From a virus (lineage: Duplodnaviria > Caudoviricetes), in IMG/VR virus record IMGVR_UViG_3300005739_000078, positions 1 through 25,399 of that record: a stretch of 25,399 nucleotides of DNA; one strand, given 5' to 3'. Position numbers and translations under genes: made by a program. Under the pieces are notes generated by a model, which saw only the letters and a list, made by a program, of their open reading frames with translations, was not told where the DNA came from and did not search any database. Each line of letters opens with the position of its first letter. Within the stretch, counting starts at the first letter, position 1. Below, piece after piece: positions 16,880 through 25,399 of this stretch.

Positions 16880-17578
16880 TTATAAACTTTTTTCTAAATT
16901 CAATAACTTCACATAGTTGATTTGATTGAATTCTTCAGTTTTCAGTTTTTCTATAGTTTCATTCAACTTTTCAACAACTTCTTTCTCTTCTTCACGATTC
17001 AAAATTTCATTTAACTTATCCAATGTTTTACTTTTCAACTCCGAAAAGTTTTCTTGAAGTTTTTTGGAATCGGTTTTCAAAAGGTCAATAAACAATTTTT
17101 TGGATTCAACATCCATTTCAGAAATATAATTTTCCAAAGTTTGATTTGCAATTTTGACCATCGAAGACACAGGAATATTGATACTCTCTTTTAAATTTTC
17201 TTTCGATTTTGTCAAAATAGAAATGATATTTTTCTTGGCTTGTAATCTTTCACTAAGATAAAAAGTTTTTGTATAAACCAATGTGTCAATGTCTGAGTAT
17301 GAATTTTTTATCGATTGATTTGTGGATTTTGGTAACTTTATTGAAGGAAGAATTCTATTCAATAAATTTACTCCTTCTTCTAAAAAATCTTTTGCTTCAG
17401 ATTCTGATAATCCTTGTGGAGAACTCAATTGGTCATAGATAGCATAAACCTTAGAAAAAGATTTATCATTCAAAACATTATGTTTGAATTCTCTTAGGTT
17501 TTTTTTGAAATCTGACTCTTTTTTGTAAGATTCGAGCAGATTATTCTCAATGATTGATTTGATTTGTCCGAAGGTCAT
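16880..17578 (-). CDS. hypothetical helical protein (232 aa), probable prohead component
   Basis: Lies between portal and protease, the T4 gp67/gp68 position; contains LLES and LKES protease-type sites. Confidence 0.7.
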   Translation of the reverse strand: MTFGQIKSIIENNLLESYKKESDFKKNLREFKHNVLNDKSFSKVYAIYDQLSSPQGLSESEAKDFLEEGVNLLNRILPSIKLPKSTNQSIKNSYSDIDTLVYTKTFYLSERLQAKKNIISILTKSKENLKESINIPVSSMVKIANQTLENYISEMDVESKKLFIDLLKTDSKKLQENFSELKSKTLDKLNEILNREEEKEVVEKLNETIEKLKTEEFNQINYVKLLNLEKSL

Positions 17579-17592
17579 CCTATGTATTTTGA

Positions 17593-17600
17593 TATAAATA
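17593..17600 (-). promoter_or_regulatory. TATTTATA motif, putative late promoter
   Basis: Immediately after the portal stop codon and 14 nt before ATG 17578. Confidence 0.6.
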
Positions 17601-19448
17601 TTAGGAGTTTAGTAAGTTATCCAAATGTTTTGAGATTTCTCCCAAAGATTCTTTTGCCTTACCCAAATCTATAAATTCTTTACCTTGTATAATATCATTT
17701 TCGACCAACAAATTCAAATCCTTTTTGAAAGATTCTGGTGTAATTTCTGTTGCTGGAGGTGGTGCTGTTTCAGGTGCTGCCGCGGGTTCAGGTGGAGCTG
17801 GTTCAGTTCCTCCAGCTGGTTCTGATGGTGGCGAAGGAAATCCTCCACCGAAATCAGGACTCTCTGGTTCTGACGTTGTTTGAGTTTGCGTTGTTCCACT
17901 TGAAGTCCCGTACAACTTATCAATATTATCAAAAAATCCAGTTTTACTTATAACAGTTGGTGTAGATTTTAATTCTTCTCCCACCGCTCTCTCAATTCTT
18001 TGTTGTTGAAGGTCAAGTCTAACCTCTTCATCAGACCAACCAAAAATATGTTTTTTCGCCCATGTAGAAGATGTTGCTTGGATTCCATTTCCTGGGTCGG
18101 TTACCAATTCTCTATACAATGCGACTTTTTCTTTCCATACATCAATTTTTAACAAATCAGCTTGAGTTGATGGATTTGTTAATCCTAACGTAAAGTTGGA
18201 AAGTTCATCTTCGAACCCTAATAAAAATAAATGAACTATCGCAATTTTGTTTAATTCTTGGAGCATACTCCTCTGAATCCTGTTGATAGTTCTTGCAAAA
18301 CGAATATCCTGCAGTGAAAGATTTTTTCCGTCGCCTACTACTTCCTCAAAACCCAAAAACGCTTTGGGTACTCTGAGTGCGGTAAGGAGCTTTTTTTGAA
18401 TATACTCGATATCCGCTATTTCAGAAAGATTTGTAGCACCTGGTAAAGTGTCTATTGGGCTTGGAGCTGCGGGGTCACGTACAGGTACAAAAAAGTCTTG
18501 GTCAACAGCCATTTGATTAAATCTCATATCAACTTGACCTGTTTTACTATCTACAATTTGTTCTCTTTTGAATTTATTCGCTACACGTTGTACGTATGCT
18601 TCGACATCATCGTCATTCATGTTTCCAACAAAAACCTTAAAAATCCTTCTTTCAGGGGCTCTTGATGTACGATAAATTAACATTGCATCTTCAGACAATA
18701 ATAATTGTTTCCAAATCCTTCTAGCCTTTTCTAACATGGATGTTCCGTAAGGTAACTTTCTATCATCACCGAGTAACCTAAAGTGAGCAATTTCCCAAGT
18801 CTGAAATTCCATGTTTTTATTCTTCCATGTGAAAGTCAGAGCTTTTGGCTTTTCATTTTTTTCAACTTGTGTTGATATTTTTTGACTTGTTCCTACTTCG
18901 TGTCTTTCAATTTCGATAGTTGGTAGTTGCTGACAACCCACAATACCTCTTTCGGGGTCCAATTTCATATAAACAAAATTATCTCCGTACTTACAAGTGT
19001 TCCTTGTCCACATTGGTAGGTTCGTATTGATATCCAAAGCATTATTAAATAAATCCGCCAAAACACCTTTTATTCTTTTCGATTCGGAATAAATTTGTAA
19101 AATGAAGCCATCTTCGTTCGGTGTTGTAGATTCTTCAGCGTAAATGTCGAGTGCTGCTGAAATTTCAGGGGTATATTCCATCGATTCGTAATCGTATTGG
19201 GCCGATAATCTAGATGGTTCGTAATATATGGCTTGAGAATATAAATTATTTTCTACTTTTGCCCACTGATTTGCTAAATAATAACTTTGTTGGGCTTGTA
19301 ATTTTTCTTTCTCATATTCCTCTCTACTTTTTGTTCTTAATAATTCTTTTTTATCAAACTTGTAGGTAGGATAATCTTGACCCAATAAAGAGTTGGGACC
19401 GAAAGTTTTGGAAAGCCTCTGCCAGACCGTGAGATTTTGTTCGCTCAT
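17601..19448 (-). CDS. gp20: portal protein (T4 gp20 family)
   Basis: PEISAALDIYAEE, YGTSMLEKARRIWKQLLLSEDAMLIYRTSRAPERRIFKVFVGNM and IDTLPGATNLSEIADIEYIQKKLLTALRVPK are gp20 signature blocks; Pro/Ala-rich tail. Confidence 0.95.
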   Translation of the reverse strand: MSEQNLTVWQRLSKTFGPNSLLGQDYPTYKFDKKELLRTKSREEYEKEKLQAQQSYYLANQWAKVENNLYSQAIYYEPSRLSAQYDYESMEYTPEISAALDIYAEESTTPNEDGFILQIYSESKRIKGVLADLFNNALDINTNLPMWTRNTCKYGDNFVYMKLDPERGIVGCQQLPTIEIERHEVGTSQKISTQVEKNEKPKALTFTWKNKNMEFQTWEIAHFRLLGDDRKLPYGTSMLEKARRIWKQLLLSEDAMLIYRTSRAPERRIFKVFVGNMNDDDVEAYVQRVANKFKREQIVDSKTGQVDMRFNQMAVDQDFFVPVRDPAAPSPIDTLPGATNLSEIADIEYIQKKLLTALRVPKAFLGFEEVVGDGKNLSLQDIRFARTINRIQRSMLQELNKIAIVHLFLLGFEDELSNFTLGLTNPSTQADLLKIDVWKEKVALYRELVTDPGNGIQATSSTWAKKHIFGWSDEEVRLDLQQQRIERAVGEELKSTPTVISKTGFFDNIDKLYGTSSGTTQTQTTSEPESPDFGGGFPSPPSEPAGGTEPAPPEPAAAPETAPPPATEITPESFKKDLNLLVENDIIQGKEFIDLGKAKESLGEISKHLDNLLNS

Positions 19449-19476
19449 TTTACAATTTTACTTATTACACCAGTAA

Positions 19477-19484
19477 TATAAATA
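19477..19484 (-). promoter_or_regulatory. TATTTATA motif, putative late promoter for portal
   Basis: 1 nt after the terminase stop and 28 nt before ATG 19448. Confidence 0.6.
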
Positions 19485-19485
19485 G

Positions 19486-21246
19486 TTATTTAGCACCGAA
19501 TAACCATCCATATTTTTGATAGTCGGTTTTGGAGGGACCCCAATTTGCAGGTCTTTGGCCATTAATAGTTTGAGGAATCATTGGATTGAAAAATTCTGAA
19601 GTATTTTTATTTTCGTGTATTGTACTTGTCCAAGAATTTAACATTGCCTTTGTCTGATTCACTACCTTTTGCAAAGATTGAAATGATTTTTCTGCAACGT
19701 AGATAGCCATTGCAATTCCCATAATACAATCATCGTGTTGTCCCTTCTGATGGTCAGGTCGTCCATTTATATAAACAAACGTATTCATTTCGTTGAATAG
19801 TCTGTGTGAATATATTTTAAATCCGTGTCTAGCCGATTCTTCCAAAGCTGATATTATCTGAACTCTTTTACTGTTAAAGTTAATACCGGGTATTTTTTCG
19901 TTTATTTTTGGGTCCCACTTCCATTTTTTATTTGGGTCTATGTTATCAACATATAAACCATACTCATATCCCATTTCTTGCATCTTTCTAGCAGTTGAAA
20001 CCCCCATACCCCCTGTAATGTCAATTACACAGTAAGCACTATACATGTTTCCCCATTTGTAGGCTATTTCTGCAATTACATCTGGAGGAACTTTTGCCAA
20101 ATATTCTAAAACTTGTTCTTTCTCATCAAAATCAATAATTTGAATACAAGAATAATCCTCAGAGTCCCCTCTCGAAACATCCACACCCATCACATACTTG
20201 TGACCATTTTCAGGTTCTTTGAAAATCCAAAGAGCACCTCCCATCATTTTCGCCGAGGGTTCCCTTAGCATTCCTCCAGAAATTTTTTGTAAAACTTCAG
20301 ATTCAAACACATTATCACCCGAACCCAAAAAATTACACTCAAGTTCTTGTGCTACTTTTCTTCTGTCAAACTTCAATTTTTTCACCATCCCTTCAAACCA
20401 TGAAGAACAGGGTTTGTATCCTTGTTCTATGTATCCTTTTACCACGCTATGGTCACGGTCATAGGGATTTTCAATTGATAAATCCACAACCGTATCATTC
20501 GGATAATCCTCTCTATTAAGTAGGAAATGAACTAAATCATTTGTTTTGACCATGTATAAGTCTTTGGTATATCTTGGGTCTCGATACCAAAACATTTCGG
20601 AGATTTTGAACTCGTTCATCCCCCTCAAGGCTTGGTTGTAAATGTCATAGTAAATCGCATCGTATCCATTAGGAGTAGAGATAACAATCACTTTACCACC
20701 CGTAGAAAGTGAGGCCATACAAGCCGACCAAAAATCATCATCAGCTTCAATGAACGCTGCCTCATCAAATATCAGAATAGTGGGGGTATAACCTCTAAGT
20801 GCGTCTTTTGATGTGGCAACTGCCTTCACCTCACAATCGTTTGTGAGTTTGAAATGTCTCTGTGAATTTTTTTCTTGGGAAAATCCTATTCCAACCCATG
20901 CGGGCCATTGTTCAGTAAATCCTCTGACTTTATTTGCAAATTCTACCGATGTATCGAGTTTATTTGCAATTATTAGAATCTTCTCAGGTTTTTGTTTTTT
21001 TGCAAAAACAAGTTTTTTGGATGCCCACGCAGCAGTGACTGTGGAAACTCCTGCCTGTCTATATTTTAGTGCAATATTTTCATTGAAATTATCGTAATCC
21101 TCAATAAGGGTAACTTGGTCTGGAAATAAATCTAAGGGGACATACTTTGAAACAGTGTTGTCGTAAGTTTGGAGATAGGTTTTGAGAGCATAAGGAGTAT
21201 TCCTCATGCATTTCGTAACTTCAATTATAAGTTGTTCTTTAGTCAT
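19486..21246 (-). CDS. gp17: terminase large subunit (T4 gp17-like)
   Basis: Q-motif LFPDQ, Walker A region LKYRQAGVST, Walker B ILIFDEAAF, coupling motif ISTPNG, QELECNFLGS, RNase H-like MGVDVSRG and HDDCIM. Confidence 0.95.
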   Translation of the reverse strand: MTKEQLIIEVTKCMRNTPYALKTYLQTYDNTVSKYVPLDLFPDQVTLIEDYDNFNENIALKYRQAGVSTVTAAWASKKLVFAKKQKPEKILIIANKLDTSVEFANKVRGFTEQWPAWVGIGFSQEKNSQRHFKLTNDCEVKAVATSKDALRGYTPTILIFDEAAFIEADDDFWSACMASLSTGGKVIVISTPNGYDAIYYDIYNQALRGMNEFKISEMFWYRDPRYTKDLYMVKTNDLVHFLLNREDYPNDTVVDLSIENPYDRDHSVVKGYIEQGYKPCSSWFEGMVKKLKFDRRKVAQELECNFLGSGDNVFESEVLQKISGGMLREPSAKMMGGALWIFKEPENGHKYVMGVDVSRGDSEDYSCIQIIDFDEKEQVLEYLAKVPPDVIAEIAYKWGNMYSAYCVIDITGGMGVSTARKMQEMGYEYGLYVDNIDPNKKWKWDPKINEKIPGINFNSKRVQIISALEESARHGFKIYSHRLFNEMNTFVYINGRPDHQKGQHDDCIMGIAMAIYVAEKSFQSLQKVVNQTKAMLNSWTSTIHENKNTSEFFNPMIPQTINGQRPANWGPSKTDYQKYGWLFGAK

Positions 21247-21249
21247 AGG

Positions 21250-22566
21250 TTATTTAGGTCTGACAATACCTAAACTACCCAAGAAGTCATCCAAATCATC
21301 TTCATCATCATTGTCATCACCATCATTATTTTCAGCTTGATATTCTTCGAATTCTCTTTTCAATTCCATAGCTTCTCTCATAATTTCTTCAAACTTACTG
21401 GTCGCTTTTTTGACTTTGGATTCATCTGCAGAAATGGCATTTCCAACTATTTCTAACAATTCTTTTGGGGGTAATTGGTAAAGTTGTATGTGGAACCAAT
21501 TTATTAATCCTTTATTTGAACTCTCGAACATTTCATCGGGAAGTGCAATTCTTACTTTTTCATAAATTTCAGGTCCAATTCTCAGCTGCATCGGTTCATT
21601 TGACAAAATATCTGTTTGTCCCATAACCTTTGTTCTCATCTCAGGAGATTTTGGAAGACCGTGTCTTCCCTTTGCTTCCTCAATACCTTTGATAATTTCA
21701 TGGGTAAGTATAGGAAAAATTAAACCGTATGCCTTGATTTTTGTGTCTGGTTCTTCGGATTGTCCCTCACCTCCGTTTTCATCTTCATCGTCATCCTCAG
21801 AATCAACATCCTCTAATTCTACTTTACCTGCGACTCCTTGGCCAGTTTGTGACATCATTTCAATCATTTGTTCTTGTGTAAAATACAAGAAATCATTGAT
21901 TGCCATAATTCCTAAATATGCCGGATACAATGATGGGTCTATACTATCCAATTTTTCTTTTATTTCAGGTTTCTGAAAAAGATAATGACCCTTTTTTGCA
22001 GCCCCTTGTATGAGAGCATTTATTAAGTTTCTTTTGTGTTTTTCTAATTCTAATTCTTCTTCATCTGTTAGGTCTTCAATATTGAATGAAGGGATTGAGA
22101 GTTTCGGCGGTTTCTGCTTTTCATCATCTTGTTCTTCATCATCTGTTTCGGGTTCATATCTGAAATTTGAAACATCAATGGGTTCTCTGTTCAAATAAGG
22201 TTCTATTTGATACCAACCTTCGGGAGTTTCAGTTTCTTCAAGAGAAGCTTCTTTGGCTAAATTTTCTAAAGCCTCACGATGTCTTTCTTCTATCCTCATA
22301 ACACGAGGTAATTTTGACATCATTTCTTGATAAACCATAGCCTGTACCTGACGAGGACTTAAATCCTCTATACCTGTAACTTGACTTAATTTTTCAGCTA
22401 CTTTTTGAAATCTTTGACTCACCAATCTCTGAACATCTTGGGGTCCCTTTTTCATTGCGGGATTTTGTGCATAAAGACTTTTTGGGTCCTTTAATTTTTT
22501 CTCTAATTCAGGACTCATTCTTTCCCTTCTACTTCCGTAGTCAATTTGTTCTTTGATTTTTTTCAT
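21250..22566 (-). CDS. hypothetical protein (438 aa) with acidic linkers
   Basis: Long ORF tightly packed with its neighbours; MKKIKEQ leader; KRNLINALIQGAAKKGHY and LTHEIIKG blocks. Confidence 0.8.
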   Translation of the reverse strand: MKKIKEQIDYGSRRERMSPELEKKLKDPKSLYAQNPAMKKGPQDVQRLVSQRFQKVAEKLSQVTGIEDLSPRQVQAMVYQEMMSKLPRVMRIEERHREALENLAKEASLEETETPEGWYQIEPYLNREPIDVSNFRYEPETDDEEQDDEKQKPPKLSIPSFNIEDLTDEEELELEKHKRNLINALIQGAAKKGHYLFQKPEIKEKLDSIDPSLYPAYLGIMAINDFLYFTQEQMIEMMSQTGQGVAGKVELEDVDSEDDDEDENGGEGQSEEPDTKIKAYGLIFPILTHEIIKGIEEAKGRHGLPKSPEMRTKVMGQTDILSNEPMQLRIGPEIYEKVRIALPDEMFESSNKGLINWFHIQLYQLPPKELLEIVGNAISADESKVKKATSKFEEIMREAMELKREFEEYQAENNDGDDNDDEDDLDDFLGSLGIVRPK

Positions 22567-22567
22567 T

Positions 22568-23431
22568 TTACTTTTTCAATAATTTCATAATCATGTCAAT
22601 AACTTGGTCTTTAGCCTTTTCAGGTGAAACGTCAGTTTTTTTGGCTTTGGGGGCCGGGTTTTCACCAGGGTTCGGGTTCTTACCTGGATGTTTTGGTCTT
22701 GGTTTTTTATCTGGTCGGGTACCAGGTTTGGTTTTAGGTTTGGTACCAGGTTTAGGAGCGACTGCAGGTTCGTTTTCTGTAAGGTATCTAACTAAATCAC
22801 CTTTGGTAATTTTCGGTGGTAAATTCTTTTCAACAATTTTCATTACTTGGTTTTCCAAGTACAATGATAATTGATTTTTACTTTCCTTCAAAGATTTTTT
22901 CACATCCATAACACATCTTTCATATTTTTTCATTTGAGTTTTTGACCACTCACTTCTTTCAGAAGTTCCAAATTCATCGGCAAGCTGTGCTGTACAAATT
23001 GCCCAAGGATTTTTCTTGGTTTTTTTTGATTCCGCCATTCCCATCATTTTTCTCTCATCATCGGAATCATCATCCATACCATCAGGTGCCATGTCATTTG
23101 CATCGTGAGGTGCGTCCTGTCCAGTATATTTCTGAAGTTCAACATCTCCTTTTGCATTAGCTGCAGTTACATCATCAGTTTCATCCTCGGTCATTTCAGT
23201 TTCTGTTGTAACCATGACTTCTTTTGTGTTTGGGTCTTGTGAAATTACCACATCTCCAACTTTTCCACCTTTAGGTCCGACTTTATATGTTTTTTTTCCT
23301 GGCACTTCTTGTACTTGTTCATTTACAACAAGTTTGTTGTGTAAAACATCAATTTGTGACTCAGTTAATTTAGCAAGAGTTTTTGCTTTGAACCCTTTTT
23401 CTATCAAGTCTAAAACTTTTTCAATTTTCAT
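22568..23431 (-). CDS. modular low-complexity protein (287 aa), putative internal head protein
   Basis: KLTESQIDVL leader motif, acidic segment, KNPWAICTAQ...KYERCV Cys pair and a Pro/Lys repeat tail. Confidence 0.75.
   Translation of the reverse strand: MKIEKVLDLIEKGFKAKTLAKLTESQIDVLHNKLVVNEQVQEVPGKKTYKVGPKGGKVGDVVISQDPNTKEVMVTTETEMTEDETDDVTAANAKGDVELQKYTGQDAPHDANDMAPDGMDDDSDDERKMMGMAESKKTKKNPWAICTAQLADEFGTSERSEWSKTQMKKYERCVMDVKKSLKESKNQLSLYLENQVMKIVEKNLPPKITKGDLVRYLTENEPAVAPKPGTKPKTKPGTRPDKKPRPKHPGKNPNPGENPAPKAKKTDVSPEKAKDQVIDMIMKLLKK
22625..22775 (-). repeat. Pro/Lys-rich imperfect repeat (PKPGTKPKTKPGTRP...PGKNPNPGENPAPK)
   Basis: Repeated gtaccaggttt and ggtttt units on the plus strand. 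Confidence 0.6.
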
Positions 23432-23816
23432 ATACTACTTTCTTTTCAAATTCTAAAATCAAATCTCTTTCATAGAGTTTGTCTTTTATTTCCTGTTCTT
23501 TTTGCCCGAATCTGAAAACCAATCTTTTTTGTCCCATTACTTCATCGGGTTCCCAGGCTAGTGCTACAACATCATCAAGAGCATCTATCATACAAAAAAA
23601 ATCGGAGTTCTGAATCAATTCTAATTTAACATCAGTATTCCTCAGAACTCCTACCTTTTTTATAAATTTTATTTCTGGGGGACTTGGATACCCGTTTGAT
23701 GGTTTGCTTTCCCAAGCATCTCCCCAAACATCCAATTCATCTGAGAAAATGAATTCGTAAAGGTTGTCACCTTTATAATTAGGTCCCAAACCATTTACGA
23801 ATATCAAATAACTCAT
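23421..23816 (-). CDS. hypothetical protein (131 aa)
   Basis: Overlaps both neighbours, indicating translational coupling; globular composition. Confidence 0.8.
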   Translation of the reverse strand: MSYLIFVNGLGPNYKGDNLYEFIFSDELDVWGDAWESKPSNGYPSPPEIKFIKKVGVLRNTDVKLELIQNSDFFCMIDALDDVVALAWEPDEVMGQKRLVFRFGQKEQEIKDKLYERDLILEFEKKVVYEN

Positions 23817-25072
23817 CTCAATATTCCCTCAGGTGTTATTCTAATTTGTTTATTTTTGTTTTCGAAAACTAAGTTTTTTTTATTTGTGATACCTATGAAT
23901 TCGAAATCAAAATTTTCTTCTAAAAATTTTTTTGAAGCTAACTCTTGTTCTACTGACTGACTAAATTTTGTGACGTTTGTCATTTTATTTTTGACAGTCT
24001 CATTTATTCTTTTTTTCTTCAATGCAGTCCTTTTTTGATTTTCTAAAATTTCTTTTTTAGAAATTTCAAAATATTTGGATATAACTTTATCAACTTTGGA
24101 TTCTTTAAAAATGTTATCTAAAATAGCTCCGTGACCTTCTTCCATCTCACTCTCTACAGGAACATCCATGTCAGTTTGAATTTTTTCGACTTCTGTGTCA
24201 GAAGTCACATCATCTTCTGGTGCCATTTCTTCATCACCAGTTGTATCTTCTACATCTTTTTCATAGTCCTCTTCAAACTTAGAAAGAATATCTTCCCTAT
24301 CTTCTTCACTCAAAACTTGTAAATCTACTGAAGACAAAACCATGTTAATAACATATTTGATATCTTCCGATGTCAAACCTTCTTCAGAGTCATATTCTCT
24401 AATTTTCTGAGTTAATTTTCCTGTAAGTTTTTGAATTGATTTGAAAGTGACTTGTTCTTCTGGAGTTACATCAGTTGTTTCTGTATCAATTTCTGTTTCC
24501 GTATCCATTTCCATATCGTCTCCCTCATCTCCTGTTGGTAAAATATCATCCATGGAACCAGAAGCATCTCCCGTTCCCTCAGGTGCCCCCTCGTCACCTG
24601 TGGCAGATACTGGTGAAGGAGGTAATTCTGGTGAAGGAACCGGTGGAGGGACATCAGCAGCTGGTGCTGCAGGTACCTCAGGCTCAACTGGTTTTGGTGT
24701 CTTAAGAACAAACTTTTTTTGTTCTCCGAACAAAGAAACTTCCTCTTCATTTTCATTAAGTCTATTGGTTTCTTTTGCAAGAAGATTCAATCTCTTCAAA
24801 GCCTGTGAATAAGATGAATAATATTTTCTATTTTTCATTGGTTCAATATAATCTGCATCAGATTCATTGATTGACTTCTTGATAATATATCCCTGTTTTT
24901 CTTTTACTATTTGATAGTTATTTCCATCAGATAAAGTAATAGAATATTGAGATGACGCATTTTCGTTTAGAGAAGTTGGGATTTTCTCGTTAAAACGAGC
25001 AATTTCCATAATCCTTTTTATTTTATCTTGGCCTGTGAGTTTTTCACTACCAATTGCTTTTAAATCTGCCAT
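23813..25072 (-). CDS. hypothetical protein (419 aa) with Pro-rich and acidic linkers, probable prohead-associated
   Basis: Globular blocks separated by Pro/Ala and Asp/Glu linkers; many [LI]-x-E sites (SLNE, SINE, RLNE, RINE). Confidence 0.8.
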   Translation of the reverse strand: MADLKAIGSEKLTGQDKIKRIMEIARFNEKIPTSLNENASSQYSITLSDGNNYQIVKEKQGYIIKKSINESDADYIEPMKNRKYYSSYSQALKRLNLLAKETNRLNENEEEVSLFGEQKKFVLKTPKPVEPEVPAAPAADVPPPVPSPELPPSPVSATGDEGAPEGTGDASGSMDDILPTGDEGDDMEMDTETEIDTETTDVTPEEQVTFKSIQKLTGKLTQKIREYDSEEGLTSEDIKYVINMVLSSVDLQVLSEEDREDILSKFEEDYEKDVEDTTGDEEMAPEDDVTSDTEVEKIQTDMDVPVESEMEEGHGAILDNIFKESKVDKVISKYFEISKKEILENQKRTALKKKRINETVKNKMTNVTKFSQSVEQELASKKFLEENFDFEFIGITNKKNLVFENKNKQIRITPEGILR

Positions 25073-25099
25073 TTTTTTATTTTTTTTTTCTTGATTTGT

Positions 25100-25399
25100 T
25101 TAGCTATTTAATCCATCGAACCCTCCGATTCTTACACTCATGGATTGGAGTGCTACGCCACCATTAGTTGCGTAGATGGGTTTAGGGTAGGCTGGTCCTG
25201 TACCTGTAACTCCACTTACGGAGTCACAACATATATTTGGATATGTGTAAGCCACATCCACAGTTACACCTGTATAAGACGCTCCACATTCGGCACAAGA
25301 GTCAAATTCATTAATATAGATTGCTGTATCTGAAATTGGACCAAAATCATAGTCCTCCACCAAATAACAACCATAAGGAGTTCTGCCCTCAAAATTGAA
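25100..25399 (-). CDS. 5'-truncated Cys/Gly/Thr-rich hypothetical protein, possibly structural
   Basis: Frame is open to the window edge (FNFEGRTPYGCYLVEDYDF...); contains CAEC and CC. Confidence 0.6.
   Translation of the reverse strand, partial: FNFEGRTPYGCYLVEDYDFGPISDTAIYINEFDSCAECGASYTGVTVDVAYTYPNICCDSVSGVTGTGPAYPKPIYATNGGVALQSMSVRIGGFDGLNS

Noticed and set aside
21038-21070. Terminase Walker A lacks the GKS/T lysine (LKYRQAGVST)
   Set aside because: LKxRQxGxST variants with an upstream lysine are common in phage terminases and all other motifs are intact, so this is neither a pseudogene nor novel.
11213-21246. Introns or inteins in terminase, portal or capsid genes
   Set aside because: The ORFs are uninterrupted, and I see no intein termini or LAGLIDADG/HNH motifs; the capsid insertion lacks splicing signatures.
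275-25333. Short antisense or alternate-frame ORFs in the track (e.g. 275-520, 3906-4166, 13663-13890, 14347-14592, 22593-22874, 24441-24812)
   Set aside because: They are nested in well-supported genes and are best explained as shadows of low-complexity or biased coding; none has a recognisable motif.
1-25399. Stop-codon reassignment, as seen in some large Bacteroidota phages
   Set aside because: Capsid, portal, terminase and protease genes are full length in the standard code, coding density is high, and TAA, TGA and TAG all end genes at sensible boundaries.
1-25399. tRNA or structured ncRNA genes
   Set aside because: Intergenic gaps are all under about 100 nt and AT-rich, with no cloverleaf or T-loop signature seen.

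Overview
An AT-rich, densely coding segment of a large T4-like tailed dsDNA phage genome, read in the standard genetic code. The host is most probably a Bacteroidota (Flavobacteriia-like) bacterium. The right two-thirds is a mostly minus-strand head module: several acidic or low-complexity hypothetical proteins, then terminase large subunit (gp17), portal (gp20), prohead protease (gp21), scaffold (gp22-like) and major capsid protein (gp23), closed by a C(UUCG)G terminator. A ribosomal protein bS21 (rpsU) gene sits antisense inside this module. The left third is a plus-strand block with two glycosyltransferases, a gp55-like late sigma factor, a gp5/VgrG-like spike and other likely virion proteins. 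Main observations: (1) a strand-oriented TATTTAT(A/T) motif, the reverse complement of the T4 late promoter, lies just upstream of nine genes; (2) the phage bS21 keeps the Bacteroidota C-terminal Tyr54 but has no Shine-Dalgarno sequence; (3) several hypothetical proteins look like capsid-targeted polyproteins, with small Cys/Lys-rich modules separated by protease-type [ILV]-x-E sites. All assignments come from motif recognition by eye; no searches were run.
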